From: Eledone cirrhosa
Taxonomy: Eukaryota
Assembly: GCA_964016885.1 (NCBI GenBank)
Contig: CAXHJY010000202.1
Location: 1 to 64,000, forward strand
Length of the DNA: 64,000 bases
Reading direction: 5' to 3'
Under the pieces are notes generated by a model. The model saw only the letters and a program-made list of their open reading frames with translations, was not told the DNA's origin and ran no database searches. The position numbers and the translations under genes are program-made. Positions within the stretch are counted from its first letter, which is position 1. Each line of letters begins with the position of its first letter. This document shows positions 42,569 to 56,225 of the stretch, piece after piece.

Positions 42569-42646
<78 letters not shown>

Positions 42647-42949
42647 TTTACATATATATATATATACATATATATACATATACGTGTCGAAATATTCGAT
42701 AAATATTCCGTTGCGGCCGACGCGAAGGGCTAGTTTCGGTTATTTGTTGAAGATTTCTTCATAGAAGCCTCATTCTTATAGCATAGTCTATTCGATTTTT
42801 ATATAGTTAATTGTGCTAATTGGGAGAGGAAATGGTATATATTTTATCTTGTCATTCTATAGACATGTTTTATGATATATATATATATATATATAAATGG
42901 AATAGAATGAAACGAAATTTCATTTCTCACTCTTAGTACGCCACTTACA

Positions 42950-43333
42950 TAAATGTAAGTATGTATGTATACGTACATACATATATGTATACAGAGGTAC
43001 AGTAGCATGTATATATATACATACAGGCACATATATATATATGCACGTATCAGTTCAACCATCTGGCAGAAAGGTATACGGTGCTGACGATAGCTAATAA
43101 GCTTGAAACTAGTACATCGTTCCTGTGTCAGTGTTGAACAAAAAGGTGACGTCGTTGCCTAAACACTGTACGGCGTAATTCAGGCTGTTTGTTTACAAAC
43201 GAACAAACCGAGCATTATAATAAATGTTCGGTAAACTGATACGTGCATATATATATGTGTGCCTGTATGTATATATATATACATGCTACTGTACGTCTGT
43301 ATACATATATGTATGTACGTATACATACACACT

Positions 43334-43340
<7 letters not shown>
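42950..43340 (+). mobile_element. Inverted pLTR insert with a hammerhead in the spacer
   Basis: Arms at about 42950-43054 and 43233-43340 (gcacgtatcagtt / aactgatacgtgc). Confidence 0.75.
43078..43120 (+). ncRNA. Minimal type I hammerhead
   Basis: acggtg-CTGACGA-t-agc(taataa)gct-t-GAAA-ctag-TA-catcgt, palindromic stem III ACUAGU. Confidence 0.85.
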
Positions 43341-43387
<47 letters not shown>

Positions 43388-43595
43388 ATATATATATATT
43401 TATTTATATATAAAGAGAGAGTGAGGAAGATATATGGATGGATACATATGTGTGTGTGGTGGTGTGTATATATGTATATATATATAATATATATATGTAT
43501 GTGTATATATATACATATAAATATGTGTATATATATATGTATATATATGTATATATATATATATGTATATAAATATATATATATGTATATATACA

Positions 43596-44104
43596 TCACA
43601 GCTTCAAATTTAGCTAAACTACCTAACTGTAGGAACACGTGCAACCCTGTAGTTAGTACTAACTGTAATTGTAGGAATCGGGTTGATTGCCCCCTATCCG
43701 GGAAATGCCTCTCTAGTAACATGGTCTACAAAAGTAAGGTTGAAACACTCACGTTCCGTAGGGCCTACATAGGGTTAACCGCCAATTGATTCAAGCAGCG
43801 TCTTTACATGCATACCCATGATTTTCGTTACCCTCTAAGAAGGATTATGACGTCACTTTCAGCTTATATCTGGAGTCTAAAAGACAAACACACCCGATAT
43901 CAGTTACACTGGGAGATCCTAGCTAGGGATAGATCGTATAACGGAAATAAAAGACCATGTGACTTCTGCGCCGCTGAGACCCTGGAGATACTCTACGCCA
44001 AAGACCACTTCTTAAACAAAAAATCTGAGGCAATTTCGGCTTGTAAACATAAATTGTACAAAACTTTCCTGTATTACAGCCCCACATTATACCCTAACGG
44101 ATAG
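43596..44104 (+). pseudogene. PLE C-terminal GIY-YIG endonuclease, Hydra-clade-like, with one in-frame stop
   Basis: CNC..CPLSGKC linker, VY..YIG, FKQR..H, T.LS.YIW.LK, C..C..E, LNKKSE..S.C.H. ORFs 43259-43789 and 43808-44104 are in the same frame. Confidence 0.85.
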
Positions 44105-45130
44105 TACGAACTATGCGCGGATATTTACGTCTTGGTGTGGTAGCTAAGTATATGTTATGTTTATACCATTACTTATTTGTATAGGTAAGTATATATTACC
44201 TGTATATTTTATGAAGGTACGTATACTTCCCCGCACGTATATTTGATTGTATGTGTTATGGAGTATATATTATATATTCTGGTACATGTGCTTTTGGTTA
44301 TGGGTATACGTGAGTTTTGCGTCTGTCTGAGTATGCGGGTTCGTACGTATGTAGGGTGTGTGTATATGTGTACTTCGTGTTTTGGTTGACGCTCGTCTCC
44401 AAACATATGTGTATTTACATGTAGGTATGTGTGTGCGCTTGTTATATACGTATTTATTTATATACGTTTATTTAATTATATGTATACACGCACACACACA
44501 CTCATATATATGTATTAATATATATATTTTTATGTGCGTTTCGTGTATACATTCGTATGCGTGCGGGCACAGGCGTTGAGTGGGTTCTGTATGTGCTTGT
44601 GGTTTTTTTTTGGGGGGGAGGTACGTGCGTATATTTGTATACCTATGGTGAGTGTGTTCGCGTATGCTTGTGTATGTACGTATATGGAAGCGTGTATGTA
44701 TTTATTTCAATTACCTCTGTATTTTATTTACTGTATTCTTAACTCTGAAGCCGAGAATCATTCGGTATCCTAGTTAGTATTTTAGTCTACGACTTCAGTT
44801 ATACCATTTACGTGGTTTTGGCTTTGCGTGCAATTGTTCTCCCCGCTCCACATATGACGTATTATCTTCAGTTTTTCCGTTCATTGCCTGAGAACGTCTC
44901 TATGAACCACCTAATAGATTATTTGTCTACGACTTCTTTTATACCATAAAGGTGGTTCTGTCACTGCGTGTAATTGTTTTTCACCGCTCCAAATAATGAC
45001 GTATTATATTCGTTTTTTCCCGTTCTTTGCCAGGGAACGTTTCCACGAACCAAAGTATCGTCTTCCTGTCTTCCGCCGGTTGCAACGTTTTTTGAAATAT
45101 TCACTTCGGCGTTCCCAGATTGACTTTGTT

Positions 45131-45181
45131 AGTTTCAGAAGATCCCGTTAAGGGTGAAAGCAGCGATTCTTTGCTTAAACT
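45131..45181 (+). ncRNA. Family C hammerhead, CAGAAGA core
   Basis: agttt-CAGAAGA-t-ccc(gttaa)ggg-t-GAAA-gca(gcgattctt)tgc-TT-aaact. Confidence 0.75.
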
Positions 45182-45339
45182 TTAATCTGTTATTTTAATA
45201 AATATTTGCTCTACGGTTCATATATATTTGATATATATTTATCCTTATCGAGCCCTTTTGGGATTTTAGTCTTCAAATTTATTATTATTACTATTTATAT
45301 ATATATATGTATATAAATATATATATATATGTATATATG

Positions 45340-45478
<139 letters not shown>

Positions 45479-45489
45479 TTGTATATATT

Positions 45490-46558
45490 TACTCTTTTAT
45501 TCTTTTACATGTTCCAGCCATCCGGCTGAGGCCATGCTGGAGCGCCGCCCCTGTTGCTACACATTTTATCTCCAGCCTGTATTGGTTGGCCACTTGTGTA
45601 ATAGGGAGTTCGTTGCAGCTGCCCTTAGGTTTCCCTCGTGCCTTGCTGTGGGCTCATCCGGGATCCTGGATAGCAAGGCGTCGAGATGTTTCTTGAAGAC
45701 ATCCACATCCACACAATGCAGATCTCTCAGATCCCTCGGCAGCTTGTTGAAGAGTTGAGGGCCCTTGAACCCCAGGCTATTGCAATATCTGCTCCTTATT
45801 CTAGATGTGGAAGATGTGACTTTTGGCACCATACAGTGACGTCCTATTCCACGGTTGGTCCAGCTGCCAATGCCAAAATTTGCTGCTAGTACCTCCAGGA
45901 TTTTCCACATGTAGATCACTGCGTATCTCTCCCTTCTTCGTTCCAAGGAGTAGAGGTTCAGTTCGTTTAGCCTCTCCCAGTAGCTTATTTCTTTCATCGT
46001 CGCAATCCTCTTGGTGTAGCTTCGCGGGATTGCCTCAAGCTGCATGGTTGGTATGACACTATGGGGTGACCATAACTGGGAGCAATAGTCCAGGCGGCTT
46101 AGGACAAATGACCTCCATAGTGTCAACATGGTGTCTCGGTCTCTTGTCCGTAAAGTCCTCAAGATCAAGCCAGCGAGTCGTCTGCACATTGTCGCCACTT
46201 TCATGATGTGCGAGGAAAAAGATGCATCATCGCTCATGTCTATACCCAGGTCTCGTATCGATTTCAACACGGGGATATTTGTGCCCCCTGGTCCGGCGTA
46301 ACTTTGTTGTGCTGTATTTGTGTTGCAGGTTTGTATTGTTGGGCTTGGAATTTGCCAGCATTAAACTGCATGTTGTTGTCTTCCGTCCATTTGTATATGG
46401 CATCCAGATCTTGTTGTAAAAGGGCAGCGTCAGCCGGGTTTTTTATTACCTGTGCTACCTTAGTGTCATCAGCATAGCTAGAGAGGGATGTTGTTGTATG
46501 TACTACAGAGGGAATGTCTGAGAGAGCCACCGAAAACAGTAGTGGTCCCAAGACTGTG
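45490..46558 (-). mobile_element. CR1-group LINE 3' fragment (RT)
   Basis: GPLLF..YADDTK..LQQDLD.I.KW...N.MQFN..K; RDLG..; SRLDYCSQLWSP; SYWERL..L.LYSLERRRER. One frameshift at about 46265. Confidence 0.9.
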
Positions 46559-46559
46559 C

Positions 46560-46593
<34 letters not shown>

Positions 46594-46597
<4 letters not shown>

Positions 46598-46695
46598 AAA
46601 AAGTATGACCCCGACGGCAGAGGAGATCAAGCCGTTTTAACGGCTATTTCTGGACTACAAAACGGCTTGAGCTCTGCCCTCGAGGTCATACCGTC
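46594..46695. mobile_element. pLTR family A fold-back
   Basis: Matches 2475-2580. Confidence 0.7.
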
Positions 46696-46785
46696 GAGGT
46701 CATACCGAGGTCATTCCGTGGACAGGTTTAAACCTTAAAATCCAAATATGTTTCGAATAATGAAAAAGTGTATATGTATATATAT

Positions 46786-46831
<46 letters not shown>

Positions 46832-47362
46832 GTATGTATATATATGTATTCATATATATATATAACATATGAACACTAAACTATTGTTGTAGTCTGGACG
46901 AAATATAAGCAGAGGAGCATAGCTATTAGAAATTATGCTGAGATGCAAAGTAGATTTTAATAAAATCAATTCTTCGTGCAGAATATATATTTCAATTCTG
47001 TTCATTGACAATAATTATCTTGTCATGTAAACATTTCTAAAATTTCAATAAAATCCTCCAGAGATGTTCTAATATATATAATTCAAATTATAACTAATTG
47101 TTCTTATTACAACCTATGTAGAAAAATATCATTACAGATGTCTGAGTCTCTAATACATAATACATTACATCACTAATGACGTAAATGGTAATATACAAGA
47201 AATGCCTAATTATGGTTTATTTAATTTAGATTTTAACGTTCTAATCATTAAATATTATTTTCCAGCCTGTGTAACTATGAAGACATAAGTAATTATTGGC
47301 TCGCTTACTACAGCTGGATACCCTTCATAACACCAACCACATTTGCAGTGATTACTATATAT

Positions 47363-47490
<128 letters not shown>

Positions 47491-48480
47491 CAAGGTGATG
47501 TGTGGTTACTTAATATAGTGTATTTAGAAATAAAAGGAGAGCACAAACAAGGGACAGGTCCCCTCTTCAGTTTTCTACTAGAAGTCTCGGATATTTCAAC
47601 CCATATATATATATATATATTAAAACCAGTTACTACAACCCCGCCAATGTACATACGTTTCCCTAGTCTAGCGGATCAACTTGTTGAATCTGTATCGATG
47701 AAAATGATCTGGAAAATGTTTACTCAAAAATTAAAAATTAAAAAAAAAAACAGGAGTGCCCTAAATCAAGGGCAGATAATCTGAGTGGTCTAGCAAAGAC
47801 AATTTGACCGAAAACCCGCGAACAAACGATAAAATATATAATTATTATGAGGGGGCTAGAAGAAATCGATAGATTAAGAAAGATGTAAATCAATATTATG
47901 GAAGCCAGTTATTTAAAAGTTACTTAGAAATGTGAGAACATTGCGAGAACTCTGTATGTGTCGTAAGTGGTTTCCTATTATGGTGAAGATCATTATACAC
48001 CAGTTTTCGTCATAGAGAAATATTTCATTCGGAGATGGTCTGTCGCAACAATAACACCGATTTTGCGGGCCAACTCCGAATAAAATATTTTCTCTATTCT
48101 CTGTTTGGGTTTGCTATAATTACTTTTATTGATTAACTAATTATGTAACCCAAACATGATGATGTCGCCTGGTTCTTACGTAACCAAGTCATTGAAATAT
48201 GTATTCATTGTTTTTTGCAACTATAAAACTTTAAAGGAAAACCACCAGTGCGGCCTCCTGTTGTTTTAATCAAATTAATATTTAACTCTGTTTTGCACTA
48301 GCCATAGGATTCTAACATCAACGATGGATGAGGTGCATAACGTAGAATGCTTTATCTACTATTACATAATGGTTAACTAAACAGAATGACCAGTTCTGTC
48401 TATTGGTGAACCACAAACCATAAATGAATATACATATATAGATATAGATATACACATATGTATAAACGTATGTAGGTAGC

Positions 48481-48566
<86 letters not shown>

Positions 48567-49348
48567 TAAGTGTGCATGCATATTTATGCATGTATGTAAG
48601 GGTGAATCTGTGCATTTCTTTTATTCATAAGTGTACGTTTTTGATTTACTACATAGTTGAATACGTAAATTTTTCTAATGTATATCAATATTCCTATAAG
48701 TCAGTGCTTCAGGTATATTACATAGAATATTTTCGAAGCCCTTTTATTTCTTTGTCGTTTGGAGATAACCAATGAAATTCAATAGGGAGAGATGCGATTT
48801 CTTCTTTTTTATTATTACAGTTATTTTGTGAATCAATAAAATACACTAAAGTATTCAAGTGTTAAACTTATTGAAATACTTGTCATGAGGACAATATAGG
48901 CAATCTTTACAAATTGCTTTTGATTAATACTTTTTTCCTTTCTGTATTTTGCTTGCTCTAATGGAAATATTTTTTCATTGGTTTAGTTTTTCATTACAGT
49001 TTCAATATTATGAGAAAGATTCAGGCGATATTTCAACTAGATATATATTTTTTTCCACTGGGGAAACTGTTTATATTTAAAATAATACTCCCAGTTAGTG
49101 AAGCTTTAAAAGATATAGGTGTGTCTCAGTGATATCTATTCTTTAACTTTGATTACATTTAATGAAAATGTTCATCAGGACAATCATGGCGTCGAGTGTT
49201 TAGAGTATTGCCAATCGTTTATGATGAATATTAAAAATTTAAGTAAATTTATCAGTTACCTAATGGGCATCGATTGCAATTCGGATCAGTTGGTTTCATG
49301 TGTTATATTTTCTATCTTCATACACAAACATACACGCACACACACACT

Positions 49349-49407
<59 letters not shown>

Positions 49408-49675
49408 TTATGAATGTTGATAAAACACCAGTAAGGCGTTCAGATATTTATTTAAACCTCGACAGTGATTCATTTTATATCCAGAATAACGAGAAATATT
49501 TCAGAGGAAAATCCAGTTGGTATACTTCTGTTCATAGATTTAAAACCCAGAGCATATGTATATATATATATATATATATATGCTTCTGTGTGTGTATGTG
49601 TGTGTGAGGCCGTATGTGTGTGTGTGTCTGTATGTGTGTGTGTGTGTGCGTGTGCGTGTGCATGTGTGCGTGTGC

Positions 49676-49740
<65 letters not shown>

Positions 49741-50029
49741 AATACTATTGTAAAAGAGTAAATGTAACCATTTAAAATAAAATATTCTAATAATCTTTGC
49801 AATAAATACCAGTCCAATATTTGTATTGAGTCCGTTATCTCTGCATTTAATCTGACGTTCTCCAGTTTTGAAAATAGTATTCATTATTTCCGTGTGACTT
49901 CCCATCAGAGATATAAGGTATCAACAGACTTTGCTATATATTAATTGACCCATGACAATATAATGACAACAGTTTGTTGTATATTGCTGAATTTTTATAT
50001 TTGAAGGTCTTGGGCAATATAATGTTTTC

Positions 50030-50240
50030 CTGATTTAGGCACAAGGCCAACAATTTGAAGGGGAGGGGAAAGTCGATTAAATCAAACCCAGTTCATTTAT
50101 GGTTCTTTATTTTATCGACCCCATAAGTATGAAAGGCAAATCAAACCTCGGTGGGATTTGTACTCAGAACGTAAAGGGTCGTAACTATGTGCCACAAAGC
50201 ATCTTATCCGAGTTCTACCAATACTGCCAGTACACCATCC
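50030..50240 (-). mobile_element. Nin-type SINE (long subfamily)
   Basis: Diverged reverse complement of the consensus. Confidence 0.75.
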
Positions 50241-50921
50241 TCTTGGGCAATATATTATGATAAGATGGCAGTGACACTATCTGACCTTAACCCTTGGGGT
50301 TCTCAATTACCTGAACATTTATGTATTTCCAGCCCCAACCAGCCAGAGATTTTGTAAAGATTAATTGGTGACAGAATTGGTCGATTATTCGTCAGAATAC
50401 TTTGCGATATTATCTTACTCTCTTTAGGTCAACTTTATTCTGTGTTCCGTTCGTATGATTTTTTTCAGGAAGCATCTCGCATATACAGACCCAATGCACC
50501 ACATTGTTTCATTTTGCTACACAGTCTACATGCAAATACAATATATTTTTCATCTATGTTGTTTCTGATATATCTTTTGATTGTCTACTCATGCTCTTTC
50601 CATTCATAATACTTGTCTCACTTCCTGGAATAAAGTGGTCGGATCACAGAACCAGTTTAGATAATGCAAAACATCCCGTCTTAGTCTTTAGAATCCATAT
50701 ACCGGTACTTTATTTCTAGATCCCGAAAGACAGTAAAGCAAAGTCGAGATTTGAATACCGAGCGCAGAAGCCTGGAATCAATACTTGACGATGTTACAAC
50801 TTTGCAAATTCGCTGCTTTGGAAAAGTGTAGAACTGGAATATTCTTCAGTTGTATCACTGGAACTACGGCTAAGATTATTTTCAGAGAAGTTAAAAAGTT
50901 TTAACGAATATTGAAACTAAA

Positions 50922-51157
50922 TCAGATTATCAGCTATAAGAGAGGTTTACCCATACGCACTAACCAAATAAACTAAGTTTTGTTTCAACTGAGCATAGAT
51001 GTCAGATTAACAGATACCCTAGAGGTTTACGTCTCGCTCTAACAAGCTAACCGAATTAATATATTTTCAACTGTACATAGATGCCAGGTTATCAGCTACA
51101 CCAGAGATTTATTCCTCGCTCTAACACGCTAACCAAATTACAACTGAACGTAGATAT
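50922..51157. repeat. Diverged tandem repeat, about 80-bp unit, 3 copies
   Basis: cag.tta.cag.ta...agag.ttta...cgc.ctaac...caactg..c.tagat recurs three times. Confidence 0.7.
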
Positions 51158-51709
51158 TTCAGTTCCACTAATAACGCATCTGCACATGTCTCAAAGTACA
51201 GTATTAATGAATGCAACGTAATGAAAATCGATTATAATCGATACTGACGTTAGATTGGGATATCAGATGTTATGATCTTACTACTTGATCTACACCACAC
51301 ACCGCTGGATAGAATAAATATTGATTCTCTGAGTCAAACTAATATTGAAAGTTGTTGTAAAAGGTCATAGTCTATTGGATTAACCTTACAATTATTAGAA
51401 AGAATCTTACACTTGCCACAATCTAGGGTGACCTCTACGAAGAATGTGTTCTTGGAATATAAAGCTTGATGATAAAATACTATGTGGAATATAATATCTA
51501 AGTTACATTTTTCTCCTTCCAACATTTTTGGAGTACGTTAATATTGACTGACTTACAGTGACTAAAGGACCGGAAATGTGTTAGTGTGGACGATTAGTTG
51601 ATTTGGCTTACTGTCAAACTATATGTGTTATTTATTCAAATGACCATGGGGTGACATAGGGTGTCTTTATCAAAACACACACAGACACACACATATATAC
51701 ATACAGACA

Positions 51710-51797
<88 letters not shown>

Positions 51798-51877
51798 TCT
51801 GGATGCAGTTGAAATCTGTTTAGACCATTACTCACCAGATTATTTGATATTTGGGGTAGTAGAGTATGGTAATATGA

Positions 51878-51980
51878 AAGCATTGGGACCCCGGTGGCTG
51901 AGCTCGTACAGTTTCAATAGCTAGTTCCAGACTAGCTGTTAAAACGGCAAGAGCTCACCCATCAGGGCCAAAACTCTTTC

Positions 51981-51983
<3 letters not shown>
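51878..51983. mobile_element. Degenerate pLTR family A fold-back
   Basis: gacccc..gagctc..gtttc..tagctag / ctagct..aaacggc..gagctc. Confidence 0.55.
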
Positions 51984-52037
<54 letters not shown>

Positions 52038-52043
<6 letters not shown>

Positions 52044-52211
52044 ATGTTGAAAAGGTAACACACCAGAGAGAGATATACAGTGCGTTATCAATAAAAGAGG
52101 GTGTGTTACCTTTTCAACATATTGTATTTTACAGAGGTCACGATTTCTTCTCCTTTGAGCGCATTATTTACAGGGAATAGCGAGGGCCTATGCCTCCGTT
52201 AATTTATCGTG

Positions 52212-52212
<1 letters not shown>
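52038..52212. repeat. (TA)-flanked insert with 27-bp inverted arms
   Basis: tacaatatgttgaaaaggtaacacacc / ggtgtgttaccttttcaacatattgta. Confidence 0.8.
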
Positions 52213-52249
<37 letters not shown>

Positions 52250-52468
52250 TATAATATATGTCCTTTGAATCATATGATAAGATATATACTCAATTTCCTC
52301 TCGCAATTAGTATAATCAACCACACAAAAAAACAATTAAACCAGGCTATAAGATTAAAAGACACCTGTGAAGAAATAATAGATAAATAAACGATAGCCAT
52401 CTATTCGCTATCAACAGCCATAGAATATTTACCCACCATTTCAATATATATATATATATATATATTAA

Positions 52469-52508
<40 letters not shown>

Positions 52509-52516
52509 TTTTTTAA

Positions 52517-53026
52517 ATATATGTTGGTTGTATACCAACACCCTAGTATGCAGATTGGAGCACTCGACGAAGTGCGCAGGTTGGTTTGGTTCCTCCGGAG
52601 TAATGTAAAATAAAGTAAAATAAAAAGTCAAATGTTTAAAATTTAGCTTTGTTTATTACTGCTATATATATTTCGGTGACAGCCATCTTTGGCTGTGACC
52701 TCTTCAGGCAGTCCGAATTAGTGTGGTAGAGACGAGTACACATGTTGTTGAGGTGTATAACTTTGTCAATACTCTGATATGCCCAGTTCCTGGTTGGGTT
52801 GTTATTTCACTGAGGAACTGGAATAATATATGATTCCAGATCCTCAGTGAAATAAGTTGACAAAGTTATACACCTCAACAACATGTGTACTCGTCTCTAC
52901 CACACTAATTCGGACTGCCTGAAGAGGTCACAGCCAAAGATGGCTGTCACCGAAATATATATAGCAGTAATAAACGAAGCCAAATTTTAAACATTTGACT
53001 TATTTATTTTATTTTATTTTATTTTA
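52517..53026. mobile_element. pLTR family G fold-back with hammerheads on both strands
   Basis: Arms at about 52606-52769 and 52857-53025. HHR at 52658-52712 (-) and 52914-52968 (+). Confidence 0.85.
52914..52968 (+). ncRNA. Type I hammerhead (family G)
   Basis: actgc-CTGAAGA-ggtcacagcc(aaagat)ggctgtcacc-GAAA-tatata-TA-gcagt. Confidence 0.85.
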
Positions 53027-53679
53027 TATATATATATATAATTGCATGTTATTACTGAGCAAGTCGGTCAGTTCGAAAAGATATATAACGCCATTATGAA
53101 TTAGAGTCTAGAATCGATCCTTAAAATCATTATAAATATTTGACTCCCAATAAATTATTCAGGCTGAGTACGTAGTGATCAAGTAGAATAATTTTACATT
53201 ATTATTTTTCCACCTTTTAACCCACCGACATTGATCATCCTATTACTACATCAGTATAGCAATTGTCTTCTCCAAACACGCATGTAATCGCTACAAGTTA
53301 ACAATATATTTACCTCCGAATAGTCATAGGACTTGTCCTTACTCCATTTACTGACAAATACCCGCTGATGATATTCTGCCAGTCCTAAGTTGTATCATAT
53401 TTAACTCTTAATATATGAATTTTTATTCACACACAATTAATAGACGTGGCAGAATTGAAATCACATGATACGAGTGAATAACAATTCTTTTAATGTTTCA
53501 ATGTTTAATTTATTGAAACCCTTGTATATTTTATTTTGGTAATGTCGCTTCACGACTGTAACAAAATGTTTTACGACTCTTACTATTGAGCGGTGAACGA
53601 CCTGTTTGAGAAGATTATAACGCTGTTATCCATTAGAGTTTTGTATCGAGCAGTAAATGTATAATATATATATATATAT

Positions 53680-53776
53680 ATTAAAATAAGATATTAAAGT
53701 TTAAGCAAAGAATCACTGCTTTCACTCTTATCGAGCCCTCTTCGGATTTTAGTCTTCTCATTTATTATTATTACTA
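53680..53776. mobile_element. pLTR family C inverted/truncated stub (similar stub at 42489-42572)
   Basis: Inverted HHR 3' half broken in stem II, joined to the element's 3' end in forward orientation. Confidence 0.65.
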
Positions 53777-54604
53777 TGTGTGTGTGTGTGTGTGTGTATG
53801 TGTGTGTGTGTGCGTGTGCGTGTGCGTGTGCGTGTGTGTGTGTGTGTGTCAGTGAGTGAGGGAGAGAAAGAGAGTGATTGTGTGTGTGTGTGTGTGTGTG
53901 TGAAACGTAAAAGGAAAAACACAACAGACGATGCTGTTCAATAAAGATAAATATTAGAATAATAGTAGTAATATTATTAATAGAATCCAGGTTTGTGGTC
54001 AAGACGATGAGATTAAAGGAGGAAAACGCGTTGCTGAGTATCGTACTGGTTTCTATCATTCACATAACTCGTGCATTAGCAAATAATAGGGTGTAATCAA
54101 TTAAATCAATATAAGTTCATGACTGATACTCGAGGTTATATGGATCAATAAAGGAACCTCTATATGGTCGATAATCTGCTACGTATTCTGCCGTTTTTAA
54201 ACAATAATACATTAGGAGAATGTGATCCAAGATTCAATAATCGTGAACATTAGTCAGAATGGCTGTAGTTTGAATCCATTCCATCATAGAAATGTCAGTG
54301 GTTATATGTGGCGAAATAACTGTTTTGACTGAGACAGAAACCAACAATGTTGGAAGAGGGGAAAGTCGATTAAGTCGAACCCCCGCAAAGATGAAAGGCA
54401 AAGCTAACATCGGGGGGGGGGGGGGATTTTAACCCCCACAAACCTTATGCAGCAAAAGAAAATCTACAAAATCTGGGCAGGCATTGTATTGTACCCGCAT
54501 CAACGTATTTCAATGACGAACCTAACAGAATTTGAACTTTAAATCTAAAACATCTGAGCTAAATATCATTCATCTTCAACACTGCTTTATAATGATTACT
54601 AGTA

Positions 54605-54811
54605 TAGGCACAAGGCCAGTAATTTGGGGGGAGGGGAAAGTTGATTAAATCGACCACAGTACGTTACTGGTGCTTTATTTTATCGACCCCGCAAGGATGA
54701 AAGGCAAAGTTAACCTCGGCGGGATTTGAACTCAGACCATAAAGGAGCGCAACTCTATGCTGCAAAGCATGGCGTCCGACTCTCTACCGATACTGCCAAT
54801 CCACCGCCCTT
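54605..54811 (-). mobile_element. Nin-type SINE (long subfamily) with TSD
   Basis: Near full length. Flanking repeat cactgctttataatga. Confidence 0.9.
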
Positions 54812-56012
54812 TATAATAAACCACTGCTTTATAATGAAATTATTTATTTGTCGCTTTGGAGCAAATGACAGATAGTAGCTGAAATGCTTTTACGGTCTTG
54901 TCCACATGGCGCAACCCCAACACTGCCGCACCCTACGCCTAGAGCCCATCGCCTTCCGTCTCTCCCTTCCCATTCTTCTCTGACCCCAGATCCCTTGCCC
55001 TTCCCTTCATTTTTCACTTTTAAATATCTGTAGTGTTGTTGTTATTTGAAATAATTTTGTTTACGATTGTTTTATATTTTCTTTTATAAAACATATTTAG
55101 CTGATAGATAAATATGGAGAGAAAATGTTTTCAAAATGCAGCCCAATGTTATATATAGATGTTCTATAATAATATCGTATATGTTGTAAGTAGGTCACCT
55201 ATTCCAAGTACCTGGCAAGAACATAGTTTATCTATTATAGGTGGTTGAATAGAAAGGTAATCGCAGGTAAAAATATGAACTCAGAATGTAAAGGATACAA
55301 CTAAATACTGAACCAACGAAATATAGTCAAATATTTCACTTTGTCTGAGAATCAAAAGCTCTTGGACAACGCTAATATAGATGTGTATATTTTTCATAAT
55401 TGAAATATTAATATATGCTGCACATTATGTTAGGTTTTCAGAAAATTAACAATATTCAAATTTATACTTTTCTATGTAAAATTATTATAGAATATATCGA
55501 TTTCCTTAACGTCTGCATGTTGAAGTCAAATTGTGCAGTTAATTCTATTGATATAAGTTCTAATTAGATAATGCTGATTTCCGTTTCATATAAGATTCCT
55601 TTTGTGAGAATTCTCCACATTTTTATTGTTTTATTTTGCAACTTTATTCTGAAATGAAGCTGCGAGCAATCTTGATGTCTAGTTTGCTAGAAAATTAATT
55701 TTCTTTTGAAATTGAATAAGTTATAAGTTATAAATTATATATTAAATAAAAGAAACACGTTCGCAGTTATATTTCTTTAAGATTTATATGAAATCGTTAT
55801 ATTTGATGTGGCAATTTTTTTAAAGGCTTCAGCTGACACGGATACTTCCAGTTGATTTTAAATCGTGCAGAATATATATTTGTCTCTTGTTCCTTCTCTG
55901 TCTTTTGTATGACTCTAAACTGAGGTATTTCAAGTATCTATACAGTTTATACGTGATAATAATCACATAATGTATAAACATTGCAATGTTATGATTATTA
56001 TATTTACTTCTT

Positions 56013-56225
56013 GAGGGTGGTACATTGGCAGTATCGATAGAGCGTCGGGCAACATACACTGCAGCATAGAGTTATGGCCCTTTACGTTCGGAGTTCAAAT
56101 CCCGCCGAGGTTAGCTTTTCCTTTCATCCTTACTGGGGTCGATAAAATAAAGTACCAGTAATGCACTGGGTGGCTTTAATCGACTTTCGCCTCCCCAAAA
56201 ATGTTTGGCTTTGTGCCTAAATCAA
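56013..56225 (+). mobile_element. Nin-type SINE (long subfamily)
   Basis: Head, B-box and core present. Confidence 0.85.

Larger units (their letters stand above)
43596..45296 (+). mobile_element. 5'-truncated Penelope-like element: EN, 3' UTR and pLTR family C
   Basis: Continuous between (TA)n tracts. The UTR has a 140-bp-period duplication (44785-45052) and an HHR at 45131. Confidence 0.7.

Noticed and set aside
42700-42735. GC-rich stretch plus CTAG as a Helitron end
   Set aside because: The hairpin is poor and the sequence aligns with the interior of family E.
43787-43789. In-frame TGA in the GIY-YIG ORF as selenocysteine
   Set aside because: It is not at a cysteine-type position and no SECIS was recognised. 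A nonsense mutation in a truncated copy is simpler.
47545-47602. Minus-strand CTGAAGA followed by a ggga/tccc hairpin
   Set aside because: No GAAA or stem III follows.
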